A stretch of DNA of 63,395 bases, the filler included, from Craspedostauros australis (lineage: Eukaryota): assembly GCA_030167865.1 (NCBI GenBank). It is 5 parts of 5 records of this genome, joined end to end, with 100 filler letters (N's around TTAATTAATTAA, not from the genome) between each part and the next. Parts side by side here need not be neighbours in the genome. Positions count along the whole stretch, not along the records: positions 19,699 to 44,534 come from JALAGF010006571.1; positions 44,635 to 61,533 come from JALAGF010006572.1; 3 more parts are not named here. One strand, written 5' to 3'. The position numbers and the translations under genes were made by a program. This document shows positions 34,679-46,059 of this stretch, piece after piece. Each line of letters begins with the position of its first letter. The stretch's first letter is position 1. Under the pieces are notes generated by a model. The model saw nothing but the letters and a program-made list of their open reading frames with translations. It did not search any database and was not told the DNA's origin.

Positions 34679-37117
34679 ATGGCGGTCATGAAACGGCGGG
34701 CCTCGCCTTACAACAATGTGCTCAGTGCCGGGATTGGCAATGGCACTGCGAGTACGAACGGTGTGGGGACATCCACGGATGACAGCAGCAGCAATGGCAA
34801 CAGCAATGGCAACAGTCATGCTGCAACGCCGGCCATCGGCAATTCTGCTCAGCAACCGCCTTTTCGCTTCAACGCACCTCTGCATCATCAGCTGCTGCAG
34901 TCGCAAGGCCATCTCCAAGCACCACCTGCAGCAGCAGCAACAACAATAGCAGCAACAGCAACAGCAGCAGTGACAACGAGTGCGGCAACATTCCAATATA
35001 GCCACGCACAATCGCAAGGGCGGCCACCATCACATCCCGCTGCTGTGAGCACATCGACAACCACCAAGAACGCAAACAGCAACATCAATACCAACAGCAA
35101 CAGCAACAGCAACAGCAATACCCACAGCAACAGCAACGGACTATTCCTCATGTCACCCACTCGGTTAGCATCGTCAAGGCAGGGCATCGGCGGACTTCAT
35201 GCGCACTCGAGCGCAACCTCGGATCGAGCGACGCCTCATCAGCACAGCGTGGTTATGCGATTTGGCGCCAATGGGAACACTGGTAACGGCATTAGCAACA
35301 GCATTAGCAATGGCATTAGCAACAACAACAACACCAACCACCACAACAACAATGGCAACAGCAATATGAGCAGACGGAGACTGCCCAGCGTCGAAGATGT
35401 GGATGAAACCGCCCTCGCGGATGAAGGTTATCGCTTGCAGCTTGCCACCGAAAACTCCTCAGAGTCTTCCAACACTTCATCACCGCGTTCGACGGCCACT
35501 TCCACAGCAACTCTGCTGTCCACGATGGCGTCCGCATCCTCCCTCCCGTTCATGACCTCGCCGCCGCCGTCCGGACTGAGCGTGCCGCATCTGTCGTCCA
35601 AGTTCCCAGCTCTGCTCAACAAGCAGCCGTCGCGCTACTCGTCAACCAAGAGCATCCTGCAGGCATCCCATCGCACGAGGCCCGCCTCGCTGTCCTCCTC
35701 GCAGTCTTCCTCGCAGCCGCAGAAGCAGCAGAGGCAGCGCAACAGATCCTGGTCCTCCGTCAACAGCAGCAGCAACAGCAGTAGCAACAGCCGCAGCAGT
35801 CTGCGATCCAACAGCGGCAGCGGCATCGGCTCCATGGTCGCCAACGCGAACGCAAGCAACGGCGCCACGCCGCTTTCCATCCTCCTTGCCTCCTCTTCGC
35901 CCAGCAGCACCCACAGCGTTCGCGCCAGCGTCGATGCGACGTCCATCATCACCGAGCTGCAACGACCCGAGCTGCTGTCGCCAATCCCAGACGCTTCCTC
36001 CACGGCCAGCACAGCAGCCACGGAGACACCCGCACAGCACCAGAGCGCCGAGACAGCATCGCCGCAAACCAATGGTCTTCTGCTGCCTCTCTACTCGGTT
36101 CCGCGCCAACTGGCCGGCTACTTCACGTGGCGCAACCCCGTCTCCAACGCATGCGCCAAGCCATCGCGCATCATCCTCCTCCTCTTCACGGCCCTCGTCT
36201 GCTCGTCCGGTTTATGGTTCTACTCGCAATCGCATGCCACGTTATCGCGCGCCATCCTGCAGATGGAGGCCATGATGCTGGAGCGCAGCTCCCTGCACAA
36301 CAAGCTGCAGACGGCGGAACTGGAGCTCAGCACGATACAGAACACATTCCGCGAGCTGCATGCTGCCACGCCTCACCGAAGAACCAGCGCGCTCGACGAC
36401 GAGCAGCAGCAGAAACGCCAGAAGGAGATGGCCAGTCTGCAGCACAAGATCGTGCGCGGCAAAACGAAGATCGACACCTTGCAGCAGCACGTGCAGCGCA
36501 TCTGCAAGCACGATATCCTCGACAAGTACGGCAGCGACGTGCAGCGCGTCGAACTTACCTTGGAATTCCCCAAAACAAAAACGATCGCGCTCAGCGACGG
36601 CGCCAGCAACAACGGCCTGCGACCACAGGCGCAACAAGACCAGAAGCCGCTTCCCACCAAGATCGTCATCGAACTCGCCTCCGTCGACGTCATGCCGCAT
36701 TCCGTCTTCATGTTCCTCGAGATGGTCACGCTGGGTCTCATCGACGGCTGCTCCTTCATCATCCACGCCATGAACGTCGTCAAGGCCGCCGCCTTCCCTT
36801 ACGACGGCAGCTCGCGCACGGCCAAGGTCAGAGCCTTCGCGCACGCCGGTTTGGAAAGCGTCGCCTTTCAGGAGTATTCACCGCAGGTCCCGCACGAGCA
36901 GTACACCGTCGGCTTCTCCGTCAACGAAGGTCCCTCGTTCTACATCAACACGCAGGACAACACCGAGTTCAATCGCGGCGAGCCATGTTTCGGCAAGGTC
37001 ATTCGGGGGTTCGATACGGTCGAGCGGTTGATTCAGGCACCGACGCGCGACGGATTGTTCTATCGGCAGCGTATCGGTATCAAGCAGGCACGGTTGATGG
37101 CACCAGCGGAAGCGTAG
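34679..37117 (+). CDS. Membrane-anchored protein with low-complexity N-terminus, TM helix, coiled coil and C-terminal cyclophilin-like domain
   Basis: TM IILLLFTALVCSSGLWFY. Cyclophilin-like IVIELASVDVMPHSVFMFLEMV...YTVGF...GPSFYINTQDN...PCFGKVIRGFDTV. Confidence 0.8.
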   Translation: MAVMKRRASPYNNVLSAGIGNGTASTNGVGTSTDDSSSNGNSNGNSHAATPAIGNSAQQPPFRFNAPLHHQLLQSQGHLQAPPAAAATTIAATATAAVTTSAATFQYSHAQSQGRPPSHPAAVSTSTTTKNANSNINTNSNSNSNSNTHSNSNGLFLMSPTRLASSRQGIGGLHAHSSATSDRATPHQHSVVMRFGANGNTGNGISNSISNGISNNNNTNHHNNNGNSNMSRRRLPSVEDVDETALADEGYRLQLATENSSESSNTSSPRSTATSTATLLSTMASASSLPFMTSPPPSGLSVPHLSSKFPALLNKQPSRYSSTKSILQASHRTRPASLSSSQSSSQPQKQQRQRNRSWSSVNSSSNSSSNSRSSLRSNSGSGIGSMVANANASNGATPLSILLASSSPSSTHSVRASVDATSIITELQRPELLSPIPDASSTASTAATETPAQHQSAETASPQTNGLLLPLYSVPRQLAGYFTWRNPVSNACAKPSRIILLLFTALVCSSGLWFYSQSHATLSRAILQMEAMMLERSSLHNKLQTAELELSTIQNTFRELHAATPHRRTSALDDEQQQKRQKEMASLQHKIVRGKTKIDTLQQHVQRICKHDILDKYGSDVQRVELTLEFPKTKTIALSDGASNNGLRPQAQQDQKPLPTKIVIELASVDVMPHSVFMFLEMVTLGLIDGCSFIIHAMNVVKAAAFPYDGSSRTAKVRAFAHAGLESVAFQEYSPQVPHEQYTVGFSVNEGPSFYINTQDNTEFNRGEPCFGKVIRGFDTVERLIQAPTRDGLFYRQRIGIKQARLMAPAEA

Positions 37118-37362
37118 TGGGGATTCACGAAGTCTCTCTCTAGAGAGCGAAGTTATTGTCTTCTGCAACAGTTTTGGTCTTTACGTTTGTTGTGTGCTCA
37201 TTCCATTGTGTTCGGACTTGCGCCAGGTGTTTTCTCCTTTGTGCAAGAGGCGGATGCATTCATGGAAACAACGACACTCTAAGGTGCACTCGAATTTACA
37301 GATCATATTCCTACATGGACCAAGGTCTTCCAGAACAATCCATCATCTACCGATCCATTCAT

Positions 37363-38178
37363 TCAACGGCGGCGGGTAAAATAACGAGAGGGACTTTTTG
37401 GTGGCTTCATCCCAAAGAACTTCTCTCCATCCTTGAAGCGACAATCTTTGTAGTCTGCCAGCAGCTGCTCACCGACCTCGATGTCCCGCGTGGCGACTAC
37501 GTCGGTCAAAGTCGAGTTTGGTCGACTCACATCCACCACGTTGGGTTTGTTCGGGTCCCTCCCAGAATTGATCAACGCCGAATCATCCATCACGGCGTAC
37601 AGCGTGGTCCCCAATTCGGCCTCCTTGTCTTCCAAGTAGTACGTCCAATCATACAGCATCTCGCACGCGAACTTCCTCGGCATGTTGATCAGGAATATGC
37701 GATATTGCTCGGGACGCTCGAACGCGCCTTCGTACAGATCCGTCCACACCACCGTGCCCTTCGGTATGCGCTCCTTGGCATAGACGCTGCGCTGCATCAC
37801 GGGATCGATGTCGACGTAGATTGGCACGTGAAAGCCATCGCCGTCGAGGGCACTCGCCGACGTTTCATGCTTCATGACGGCAGCGTACACCTTGCGCATC
37901 GCGACCCAATCGTCATGCGTGGGAATGTCGAGGACGTCCTGTCGGAACTTCTTGTCGCAATGGAACAGGTAGTAAAAGTCGTGACGTGTGCCGTGCGTGG
38001 CGTTGACGACGAAGGTCTCGGTGACCGACGGCGTTGCCAGGCTTTGGCTGGAGATGTAGCACATCACGGCGGCCATGGTGAGGGCCACGATCCATCGCAG
38101 AGAGCGGTGGCTCCTGCATCGCTTGGCCATGGACTGTCCATAGCGCTGCGTTGCGCCGGCTGCGCCTCTCCTCCACAT
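37363..38178 (-). CDS. Signal-anchored SET-domain protein, paralog 1
   Basis: RSVYAKERIPKGTVVW...DDSALINSG..PN...VATRDIEVGEQLLADY. Basic N-terminus followed by hydrophobic WIVALTMAAVMCYI. Confidence 0.85.
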   Translation of the reverse strand: MWRRGAAGATQRYGQSMAKRCRSHRSLRWIVALTMAAVMCYISSQSLATPSVTETFVVNATHGTRHDFYYLFHCDKKFRQDVLDIPTHDDWVAMRKVYAAVMKHETSASALDGDGFHVPIYVDIDPVMQRSVYAKERIPKGTVVWTDLYEGAFERPEQYRIFLINMPRKFACEMLYDWTYYLEDKEAELGTTLYAVMDDSALINSGRDPNKPNVVDVSRPNSTLTDVVATRDIEVGEQLLADYKDCRFKDGEKFFGMKPPKSPSRYFTRRR

Positions 38179-38982
38179 GGCGTCTGCCTTGTCTTGCACA
38201 AGTTGTCCGGGATGCACTAATGCGAGTGCAGCAACGCTGTCTCTCCAGAGTCTCTATTGTGTTGGTATGAACGTCTTCTCCAACGGCCGCGCGGAATGGC
38301 TTCTTTTGTGTTGTTTCCTTGTTTCAATCTGTTCGGTTCTCCATTTGTTGTCGTGTTGTTGTGGTTGTGCGCAAATCCCTCTTTGTACCAGAAAATCTGC
38401 CCGTTGGCGATGCCCGTAAACGTCCAATCACCGGCGCAGATTGGGAACTGTTCATGTACACAGTCGACATACAGACAGGCAAACAGCTCCTCGATTCCTC
38501 CGCTGACCAAATACTACACAAGAAGAGACAAGACCGACCGGAGTATTCAAGCACCATGAATTATCCCATCGCCTACCAAATGGCACAAGGCCTTTATTCC
38601 ATCCCAGACACCAGGCTGATGGCATTCCTTGCCTCCCTTACAATCATCGTTGCGATGCTCAACTCCAACGATCCCTCCCAGCATTTCTTCAACATATACC
38701 TTGCCTTCGTGACATCGGAGGTGTTGGCGCAGCTGCTTGAGTGATTGGTGATTCCGCTGTTTTCTTTCTCAATGGAGCAGCCGACCAGTGTCTCGGATCA
38801 AGCATAATTGTGGAGCATGGTTTGATATGGCATCTATTGCATGGTAGACAAACTGTTTGTGGTAGGTTCATGGCCGCCATCATCGCTCTATTCGTATGTA
38901 CTGTGGCCACACCGACAAGAGCAACCCGTCATGCCACCCTTACCTGTTGCATTTCCGAATCGCCTATCGCGGCCGAGTGCTC

Positions 38983-39822
38983 TCAATCTCTGTTGATGGT
39001 TCGATTCGGAGTCTTCATTCCGAACATGATCTCACCTTCTGGGAACGAGCAGTCGGTGTAGTTCACCAGGATTTGCTCGCCAGCCTCGATGTCACGTGAA
39101 GCGTAGGCCTTCGCAAAGTCTCCGGTTTCGTTGTATATCTCCAGAAGATTCACTCGATTCGGCGCGTTGCCCGCATTCATCAGCGCGGAGTCATCCATCG
39201 TGGCGGTGACTATGGTACCGAATTCGGTTGCATCGGCTTTCGTGTAGTACGACCAATGAAAGAGCATGTCGCATGCAAACTTCGGCGGCATGTTGATCAT
39301 GAAGATCCTGTATTGGTTGGGATGCGTAAAGGAGCCTTCCTTTTCGCTCGACCACACCAGCGTGCCGTTGGGGATGCGCTCCTTGGCATAGAGAGCTCGG
39401 CCCATCTTTGGATGCAGATCGACGTAGGTCGGTACGCGAATTGGATTATCTTCGATGTTTCCCCGTATCGTCGAATTCTCCTTCCCCACCACGGTCACGT
39501 ACAGCTTGCGCATCGCTATCCAATCCTCCTGCGTCGGGATGTCGTTCTTGAATTGCGTGAGGCAACCATGAATGCGGAAGAAGTCATGCCGCGTGCCGTG
39601 CGTCGCGTTGACACGGTACGTGCGCACCTTTTCCAATTTCAGCTCGCTTGTTGCCATCATTGATGGGATTTGCGAAGTGGATGCTGAATTGTAGCGCGCA
39701 GCCATTATGATGAGGATGGCCGCGATCCATTTCACTGGTCGGCGGCCCCGTGGCCGTTTTGGCCCATTTCCTGTTGGGTTCGTGCGCTGTTGTGTCGCGT
39801 TCTTGGTGTTCTTCTTCCACAT
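38983..39822 (-). CDS. Signal-anchored SET-domain protein, paralog 2
   Basis: MGRALYAKERIPNGTLVW...DDSALMNAG...YASRDIEAGEQILVNY. Anchor WIAAILIIMAA. Confidence 0.85.
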   Translation of the reverse strand: MWKKNTKNATQQRTNPTGNGPKRPRGRRPVKWIAAILIIMAARYNSASTSQIPSMMATSELKLEKVRTYRVNATHGTRHDFFRIHGCLTQFKNDIPTQEDWIAMRKLYVTVVGKENSTIRGNIEDNPIRVPTYVDLHPKMGRALYAKERIPNGTLVWSSEKEGSFTHPNQYRIFMINMPPKFACDMLFHWSYYTKADATEFGTIVTATMDDSALMNAGNAPNRVNLLEIYNETGDFAKAYASRDIEAGEQILVNYTDCSFPEGEIMFGMKTPNRTINRD

Positions 39823-40676
39823 GGTGTCTTTGCCTGTGTGTTGGTACTATTGCAGGACTTCGTGAGTGTAGATCTCGCTTTTTTCTGTGCTTTCCACTCC
39901 GTTTCACTATCTCTGCTGCCGTTTGGTCTGTTCTCAGCTGTATTGATGCTACATGTACCATAGTAGTATGCATGGCGCTCGATGGCTCTGTGCTCTGTGC
40001 CCATCGCACTCATGATGACACAAGTTTTGTTCGTGAGAGAGCGAGTTGATCGCCACCACTCTTGCGATCGGAATGGGTGGACATTTGCACAGTCGCCACC
40101 AACAAACTTCGGCGAATTGACACTATTCTTCGTAATTTTGCGGTCGCGAAGGTCGCCACCATGGTCCCACCAGCTTTCTCAATGTTGCATGCACGATGTG
40201 TTCACTTGTGCGGGTATTGGTATGCGGCTACGGATGGGATGAGGTGATACCCTTGGAGCCATTCGTCTAAAAGCCGACCTCTCCACTTGTATGGGGATAT
40301 CGTTGCCAACAACATTAGAAGATTATAGAATAGCAAGTACCACACTTTGTGAAGTCGTCTAAGGCCGAATGGCACTCGCATCTTCCGTCTGCTCCACACT
40401 TACAATAGCTTAGGTAGATGGACTCCACCATCCGATGGTATGTACGTACTCGTCGCACTCTCCACCCCACTCTCTAATCCTCTCATCTTGATCCAAATGG
40501 CGTGCTCTGCTGCAACACGAAGTATCCACACGCAGAGCACTGCGCTACATTCTACCAAATCAACATCCGCACACAGTATCGGAGCGAAATGCGAGACAAT
40601 GACATGGCATACCGCGGTCAGCCGCAGATAGCGCAAGTAGACCTCGTCATCAGTGTCGTCACTGTCACCGTCACCG

Positions 40677-41564
40677 TTACCGTCGCCGTCGCCGCTCCCA
40701 TAGCTGCCTGCGATCCGGTATCCTCATCCCGAATGCGATGTCACCCTCACTGTAGACAAATGCGCTGTAATCGACCAGGAGCTGCTCGCCTGCCTGGATA
40801 TCGCGCGCCGCGAGCAGATGATTGACACTGCGATCGGGACTCTGCTGGTCCATCAGATTGACTTGGGCGGGTGTGAGCGCTGCATTCATCAACGCCGATT
40901 GATCCATCGCGGCATACACCGCAACACCGCTCGTCGTGTTCGCCCTGCAGTAGTAGGTCCACATGGTCAGCACTTCGCACATCAGATGGCGCGGGATGTT
41001 GATCAAGAAGAGACGGTACTGTTCCGGCGTTCGGAACTCGCCCTCGTAGAAATCGCTCCACACGAGCGTGCCGCGCGGGATGAGCTGCTTGGCGAACACG
41101 CCACGGTTCATGAGCGGATGACGATCGATGTAGACCGGCACGTAGAAGGCATCGCCGTCGATGGGACCGATGAGAGTAGAATTGGTCTGTCCCACCGCGC
41201 CGACGTACGTCTTTCGCAATTGGATCCAATCCTGTTGCGTGGGCATCCAGTGCCTTTGTTCCTCCAATACGCGATCACATTCGTTGATTTCGAAAAAATC
41301 GTCGTTGGTGCCATGCGTGAGGTTGACGGAGATTGTCTCGAGCTCGCCGTCACCTTCCTCGCCTTGCAGTTGCTGCGGCTGCGGCGCGCGGTGATCAATG
41401 TGTTCGGATGCGAAGAAGACGATGCCGGTGGCAACCACAGCGAAGGCGACTCTGGCGGAGCACGAGCGTTGCGTTCGCTTCTTTGCTTTGTTGCGGTGCT
41501 GCTTCTTCTTGGATTCCTTCTTCTGCCGTTTCTGTTTCTTCCTCTTCAATGTGTTCATGTTCAT
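40677..41564 (-). CDS. Signal-anchored SET-domain protein, paralog 3
   Basis: RGVFAKQLIPRGTLVW...DQSALMNAA...LAARDIQAGEQLLVDY. Lys-rich N-terminus then VAFAVVATGIVFFA. Confidence 0.85.
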   Translation of the reverse strand: MNMNTLKRKKQKRQKKESKKKQHRNKAKKRTQRSCSARVAFAVVATGIVFFASEHIDHRAPQPQQLQGEEGDGELETISVNLTHGTNDDFFEINECDRVLEEQRHWMPTQQDWIQLRKTYVGAVGQTNSTLIGPIDGDAFYVPVYIDRHPLMNRGVFAKQLIPRGTLVWSDFYEGEFRTPEQYRLFLINIPRHLMCEVLTMWTYYCRANTTSGVAVYAAMDQSALMNAALTPAQVNLMDQQSPDRSVNHLLAARDIQAGEQLLVDYSAFVYSEGDIAFGMRIPDRRQLWERRRRR

Positions 41565-42639
41565 GTCTGTGTTGATGTCTGTGTTGATGTCTGTAATTGT
41601 GGTCAAGTCTGTGATCGTAGTCGTCGTCGTCGTCGTCGTCGTCGTTTGGTGCTGTCTCTTGCGCTGTCTCTTGTGTTGGTTGTGTTGCAGAGTACACGTA
41701 TCTGTGCCATCCCAATAGAATAGTGGATGTCGTATGTATTATGGACGCACTGTTGCTGTTGCCGGTTGGGGCCGAAGGGTGTGCTGTGTTGGTCATTGTG
41801 ATCACCACAGAGAGAGGTCTTCGCGGTCATTGACACGCGCTGGGCGAAAGCGGCGAATTCCTGAAAAGCTCTCTTGGCTCCTTGTTGTCCCACAAGGTTT
41901 CTGCGAAGACGGATGGGAAGAATTTGGCAAGATTGCGAGACTCCAGACAGATTGACAGCAGCGACATCTCTGGAAGGGACCCACCGCAAGGAGAGGGAGT
42001 TGGTGGTATGCAGGAAACGTACGTATAGTGTGGTCAATTGCAATCGCTAGTCTAAAATATAGAATAGTATTAAACTCCACATGGCATGCATGGTATTGCA
42101 CAAGATGCCAGTCGATTTCGCTTCACACTCGGAATTGCAGCAGAGCATGGTACTTTCAACACCACTGTCATGGTGAATGCGCAGAATGCGTTTGTGTTTT
42201 TGTTGCGAGCGAAGTCTTGGAGAGGATTCTCGGAACGTTTTGCTTCGCGGCAACTTTGCCCGCCATCGCGAATTGTCATCACGGCATTCGGCTCATGTCG
42301 AGCTTGGGCCTCCTTCTCGTGCATGCGCAACTGCGATCATGCGCAAGAATCAGTTTGCGTCCACCGCCTGTGCGCCCCTTGCCGCTGTGCAGATTTTCTT
42401 GCTGAGACGTATGTTCGCGCAGTTCGATGTTCGCGCATCTGTAATCGCACTGCACCGTGCCGTACAGTACGTGTATAGCACAGCAGCAACAGCATCTCCA
42501 TCGATTCACACGACGTGGACCACTCCATCCTGTATGCAGCTGTAGCTGTAGCTGTGCGAGTACTCTGTTGCGTTGCGTTGCAGGACATCGCATTGCGGTT
42601 CATGCTTGTATCGCTCAAGTCGTCACAAGGCGTCGCGAT

Positions 42640-43554
42640 TCAAGCAGCAAACCCAAAGACAGAATGATTCCCCCGAAACAGGAACGCGGTGTAATCGATG
42701 AGCAGCTGCTCGCCAGCCTCAATGTCACGCGACGCCACGAGATCGTTGTATGCGCCGTCGGGCCCCACGACGTCGACCAGATTGATGATATTCTTGGCGG
42801 CCGCATTCATGAGGGCCGACGAATCCAACGTCGTCACCATGACCATGCCGAGCACATTGTCCATCTTGCAGTAGTACGACCATATCTGCAACACCTCGCA
42901 GGCGAACTTGCGCGGGATGTTGATGAGGAACATGCGGAACTGTTCGGCTGTCGTGAACTCGGCCTCATAGGTGTCGGTCCACACGCGCGTGCCGTTGGGT
43001 ATGAAGTTCTTGGCGAAGACGCCGCGGTTCATGGTGGGGTGCAGGTCGATGTAGGTGGGGACGTGGAAGGCATCGCCGTCGATGGGACCCGACAGCGAGG
43101 AGTTGCTCTCGCCCATGACTTTGTTGTAGACGCGTCGCAGGTCCACCCAGTCGTCGTGCGTCGGGACCTTGTCCTTGTTCTCTTCGTACTTGCCATCGCA
43201 GCTGAGGGCGTAGTAGAAGTCGCTCTTCGTGCCGTGCGTTCGATTGACCACGACCTCGTAGAACTTCGGTTCATTCCTTTTGCTTTGCGTTGAGTTCGTG
43301 CCATTGTCATTGTCGTCGCCGTAGCTGTTGTCAACGTCTGTTGCTGTTGCTGCCGTTGATGCCGTTGATGCCGCTTGTGTTGGTGCTGTCCTTGTCGCCA
43401 TGGTCACTGACACATCGTCGAGCAGCCATGAGGTGTTGAGCGAGACCACGGCTGTGGCCAACAGGGCCACTTTGATGAAAGTGGCCCACACGCTCCTCCT
43501 CCACTTGTGAGTGCCATCTTTGCGCCGAATTGACTTCTTCGTGGTGATCTTCAT
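42640..43554 (-). CDS. Signal-anchored SET-domain protein, paralog 4
   Basis: RGVFAKNFIPNGTRVW...DSSALMNAA...VASRDIEAGEQLLIDY. Anchor VWATFIKVALLATAVVSL, then a Thr/Ala-rich stem. Confidence 0.85.
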   Translation of the reverse strand: MKITTKKSIRRKDGTHKWRRSVWATFIKVALLATAVVSLNTSWLLDDVSVTMATRTAPTQAASTASTAATATDVDNSYGDDNDNGTNSTQSKRNEPKFYEVVVNRTHGTKSDFYYALSCDGKYEENKDKVPTHDDWVDLRRVYNKVMGESNSSLSGPIDGDAFHVPTYIDLHPTMNRGVFAKNFIPNGTRVWTDTYEAEFTTAEQFRMFLINIPRKFACEVLQIWSYYCKMDNVLGMVMVTTLDSSALMNAAAKNIINLVDVVGPDGAYNDLVASRDIEAGEQLLIDYTAFLFRGNHSVFGFAA

Positions 43555-45756
43555 GTCGGTGGTGTCGCAAATGAAGAGAGGGCGATGATAAATGAGAGCG
43601 TGCCAATTCTCGCTTGGCGGACATGCGGTGCTTGTGCCTTGTCGTTGCAGTCCAGGTTTCCTTTCTTTCTTCCTTCCTTCCTTCCTTTCTTGGTGGGTGT
43701 GGGTTGCACACAGCTGTGTGGCACAGCGGTGCTCTGGGACCTGGTTCGTCCGTTGGATGCGAATGGATGAGAAGGAGAACAATGCTGTGGCTGAAAACTG
43801 CACAGACGATTTGATGGATTACAGCAAACTTGGCGCAATCCCGAGTGCAAATGGCAAGTCCGAAGGGACTCGTCTGCGACATGTGCGGAAAGACCAAGCA
43901 ACGAAGCGATCACATAAGACCCGGGTGAGTGAGTCGACCAACCTTTGGTAAAGTAGAGTGGCAATTTTTCTTGGATTTCAACACAACCAAGCATATAAAC
44001 CAACTCATTATAGTCTCCATAGCAACAGGAAAATTACCCAGAATCTTAAAGTTTATAATTTAAGTTTTATGGACCATCAAATATTTGGAATCGTTTGGGT
44101 CAAACGTAGTGTTCCACAATGTAATTTTGCCGAAAGTTCTTTGCTATTCCGAGTTAATAACGATTGGTGTCCATTCACGTTGGTGTCTCCAGCTTTTTCC
44201 TTCCTCCTCGTTCGTTTGGAACACGTTACACACCGTTAGCTGCTCCGGAATCGATTGACATTTTCCACTTGTGGACATCACACACATCATCACATGCGCA
44301 CGCACACATCGTCGCCACGCCGACACAAAAACCGTCACATTTTTGCTTCATTCCAAAGGTGCCTCCGCCGATGCGATGCTCGTTGTATCTGTTGTGCTGC
44401 GGTTGTAGTACGAGTAGTGAGAGCACTAGTGACATTGGCGGTTGTTGTTCTCGCTGCTGCATCCAACACCTCCATCGGCATCACCTCCTCCACCCGCTTT
44501 CATTCAGCGTTCTACGGTGCGATTCATCAATCAANNNNNNNNNNNNNNNNNNNNNNNNNNNNNNNNNNNNNNNNNNNNTTAATTAATTAANNNNNNNNNN
44601 NNNNNNNNNNNNNNNNNNNNNNNNNNNNNNNNNNGAAGAGTTGAATAGTGGTACACTTCCCAAAGGGAGCGTGTCGTGCGCTTTGGCGCACATGGACTAT
44701 TAGTTCATCGATCACAGCACCTTCGTGAATCAGGAACAGAGAATGTCGGTATCGCGCAACACATACTCGCTCGCTGTAGAACTCCACAAAAGAGGCCCAA
44801 AGCGATTTGTCATTGATCGGCATCGTGATCGATCCGTGAATCCAGCATTGATGGAACAGACGCAGAGAGTGCGCTCATCGAATGGTATTTCACGCTCGCC
44901 CATGCACAACCGACATTCTTGTGGTGATTCAATCGCGTTTGGGCGCTTCACATCACAGCGCAAAGAACTGGTGATTCTTCGTGTCGCGAGCAATCCACGC
45001 ACGATCTCTGATTACAATGCATCAACAATCAGAACCACCCCACTATTCACGTGTCGAATTGCCGATTCGCCTCGAGCATTGCATTCACACCAAACGCCCA
45101 TGGGAAATCAGAATCCAATACTTAGGGCATCGCCGCTTTATATCCTCATCCATGACGGAGGAATCCTATAAATCTGGAGCAAAGCATGCACCCGTTTTCC
45201 AGAAACGCTCCGATCACAGATCGTGAAGTTCCCAAACATTGGCTGCGTACACGGAGATACAGGAAATACCGATGTTGATCTCCCTCAGGTTGGGTGCAGA
45301 CTGGGCTGTAGGGTACCGTAGCGTGGAGTACTGGCTTGTATGTGCCGCGCTCTGTCTGCCCAAAAAGTATGTGGTCTTGGATCAACTCACGACACCTGCC
45401 ACTACTTATGCGCTGGTGGGAACTCATGGTCAACAAACGATCACGTTGCGCTCTGTGGTTGACGCTTGGGGGTCCCACATCGCTGCATATGCAGGGATGT
45501 CGATGCAAGAAATCGTGATTGATCGGTCTTGTTGGGGCAAACAAACCACCCCAAAGGGTTTGTGTGGTGCTCGGCACTAGTGGAAAGGTGACCGTGAGCG
45601 GAAACACCAATTTCTGTTCTTTTGTCTCGTCCACTTCCTCTTTGCTCACAATTTCTTCACTCGACCAAAGTGCAAAACCCACACTCGAGTGGTAAGTTTG
45701 CCGCATTGGAATCCTCGGTTTCCGCCGTGCCTTCGTATTGCGATGCACTCGCACCG

Positions 45757-45812
45757 ACTCTACTCTACGCTGCTCTGCTCTACTCTGCTCTGCTCTGCTC
45801 TACTCTACTCTA
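45757..45812 (+). repeat. (CTCTA/CTCTG)n microsatellite
   Basis: Seen directly. Confidence 0.8.
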
Positions 45813-46059
45813 TGTCACCCCACCTCACCTCACTCACCAGGCATCCACCCTGCTCGTCGCCCAACGCAAAAACAATACGCCTGCCGTTGCTTTCATGATC
45901 AGATCTTCCGCTTAGCGTCTCCAAAGTGCCGCCAAGCCACTTCTCTTCCAACAGACTCATTGCGACTTCGACATACAACGNGTCGACCAACAACAAANCA
46001 AANCAACAGCTACGAACAAGCCAACAAGCCAAACCAAACCAAACCAAACAACCATCACG

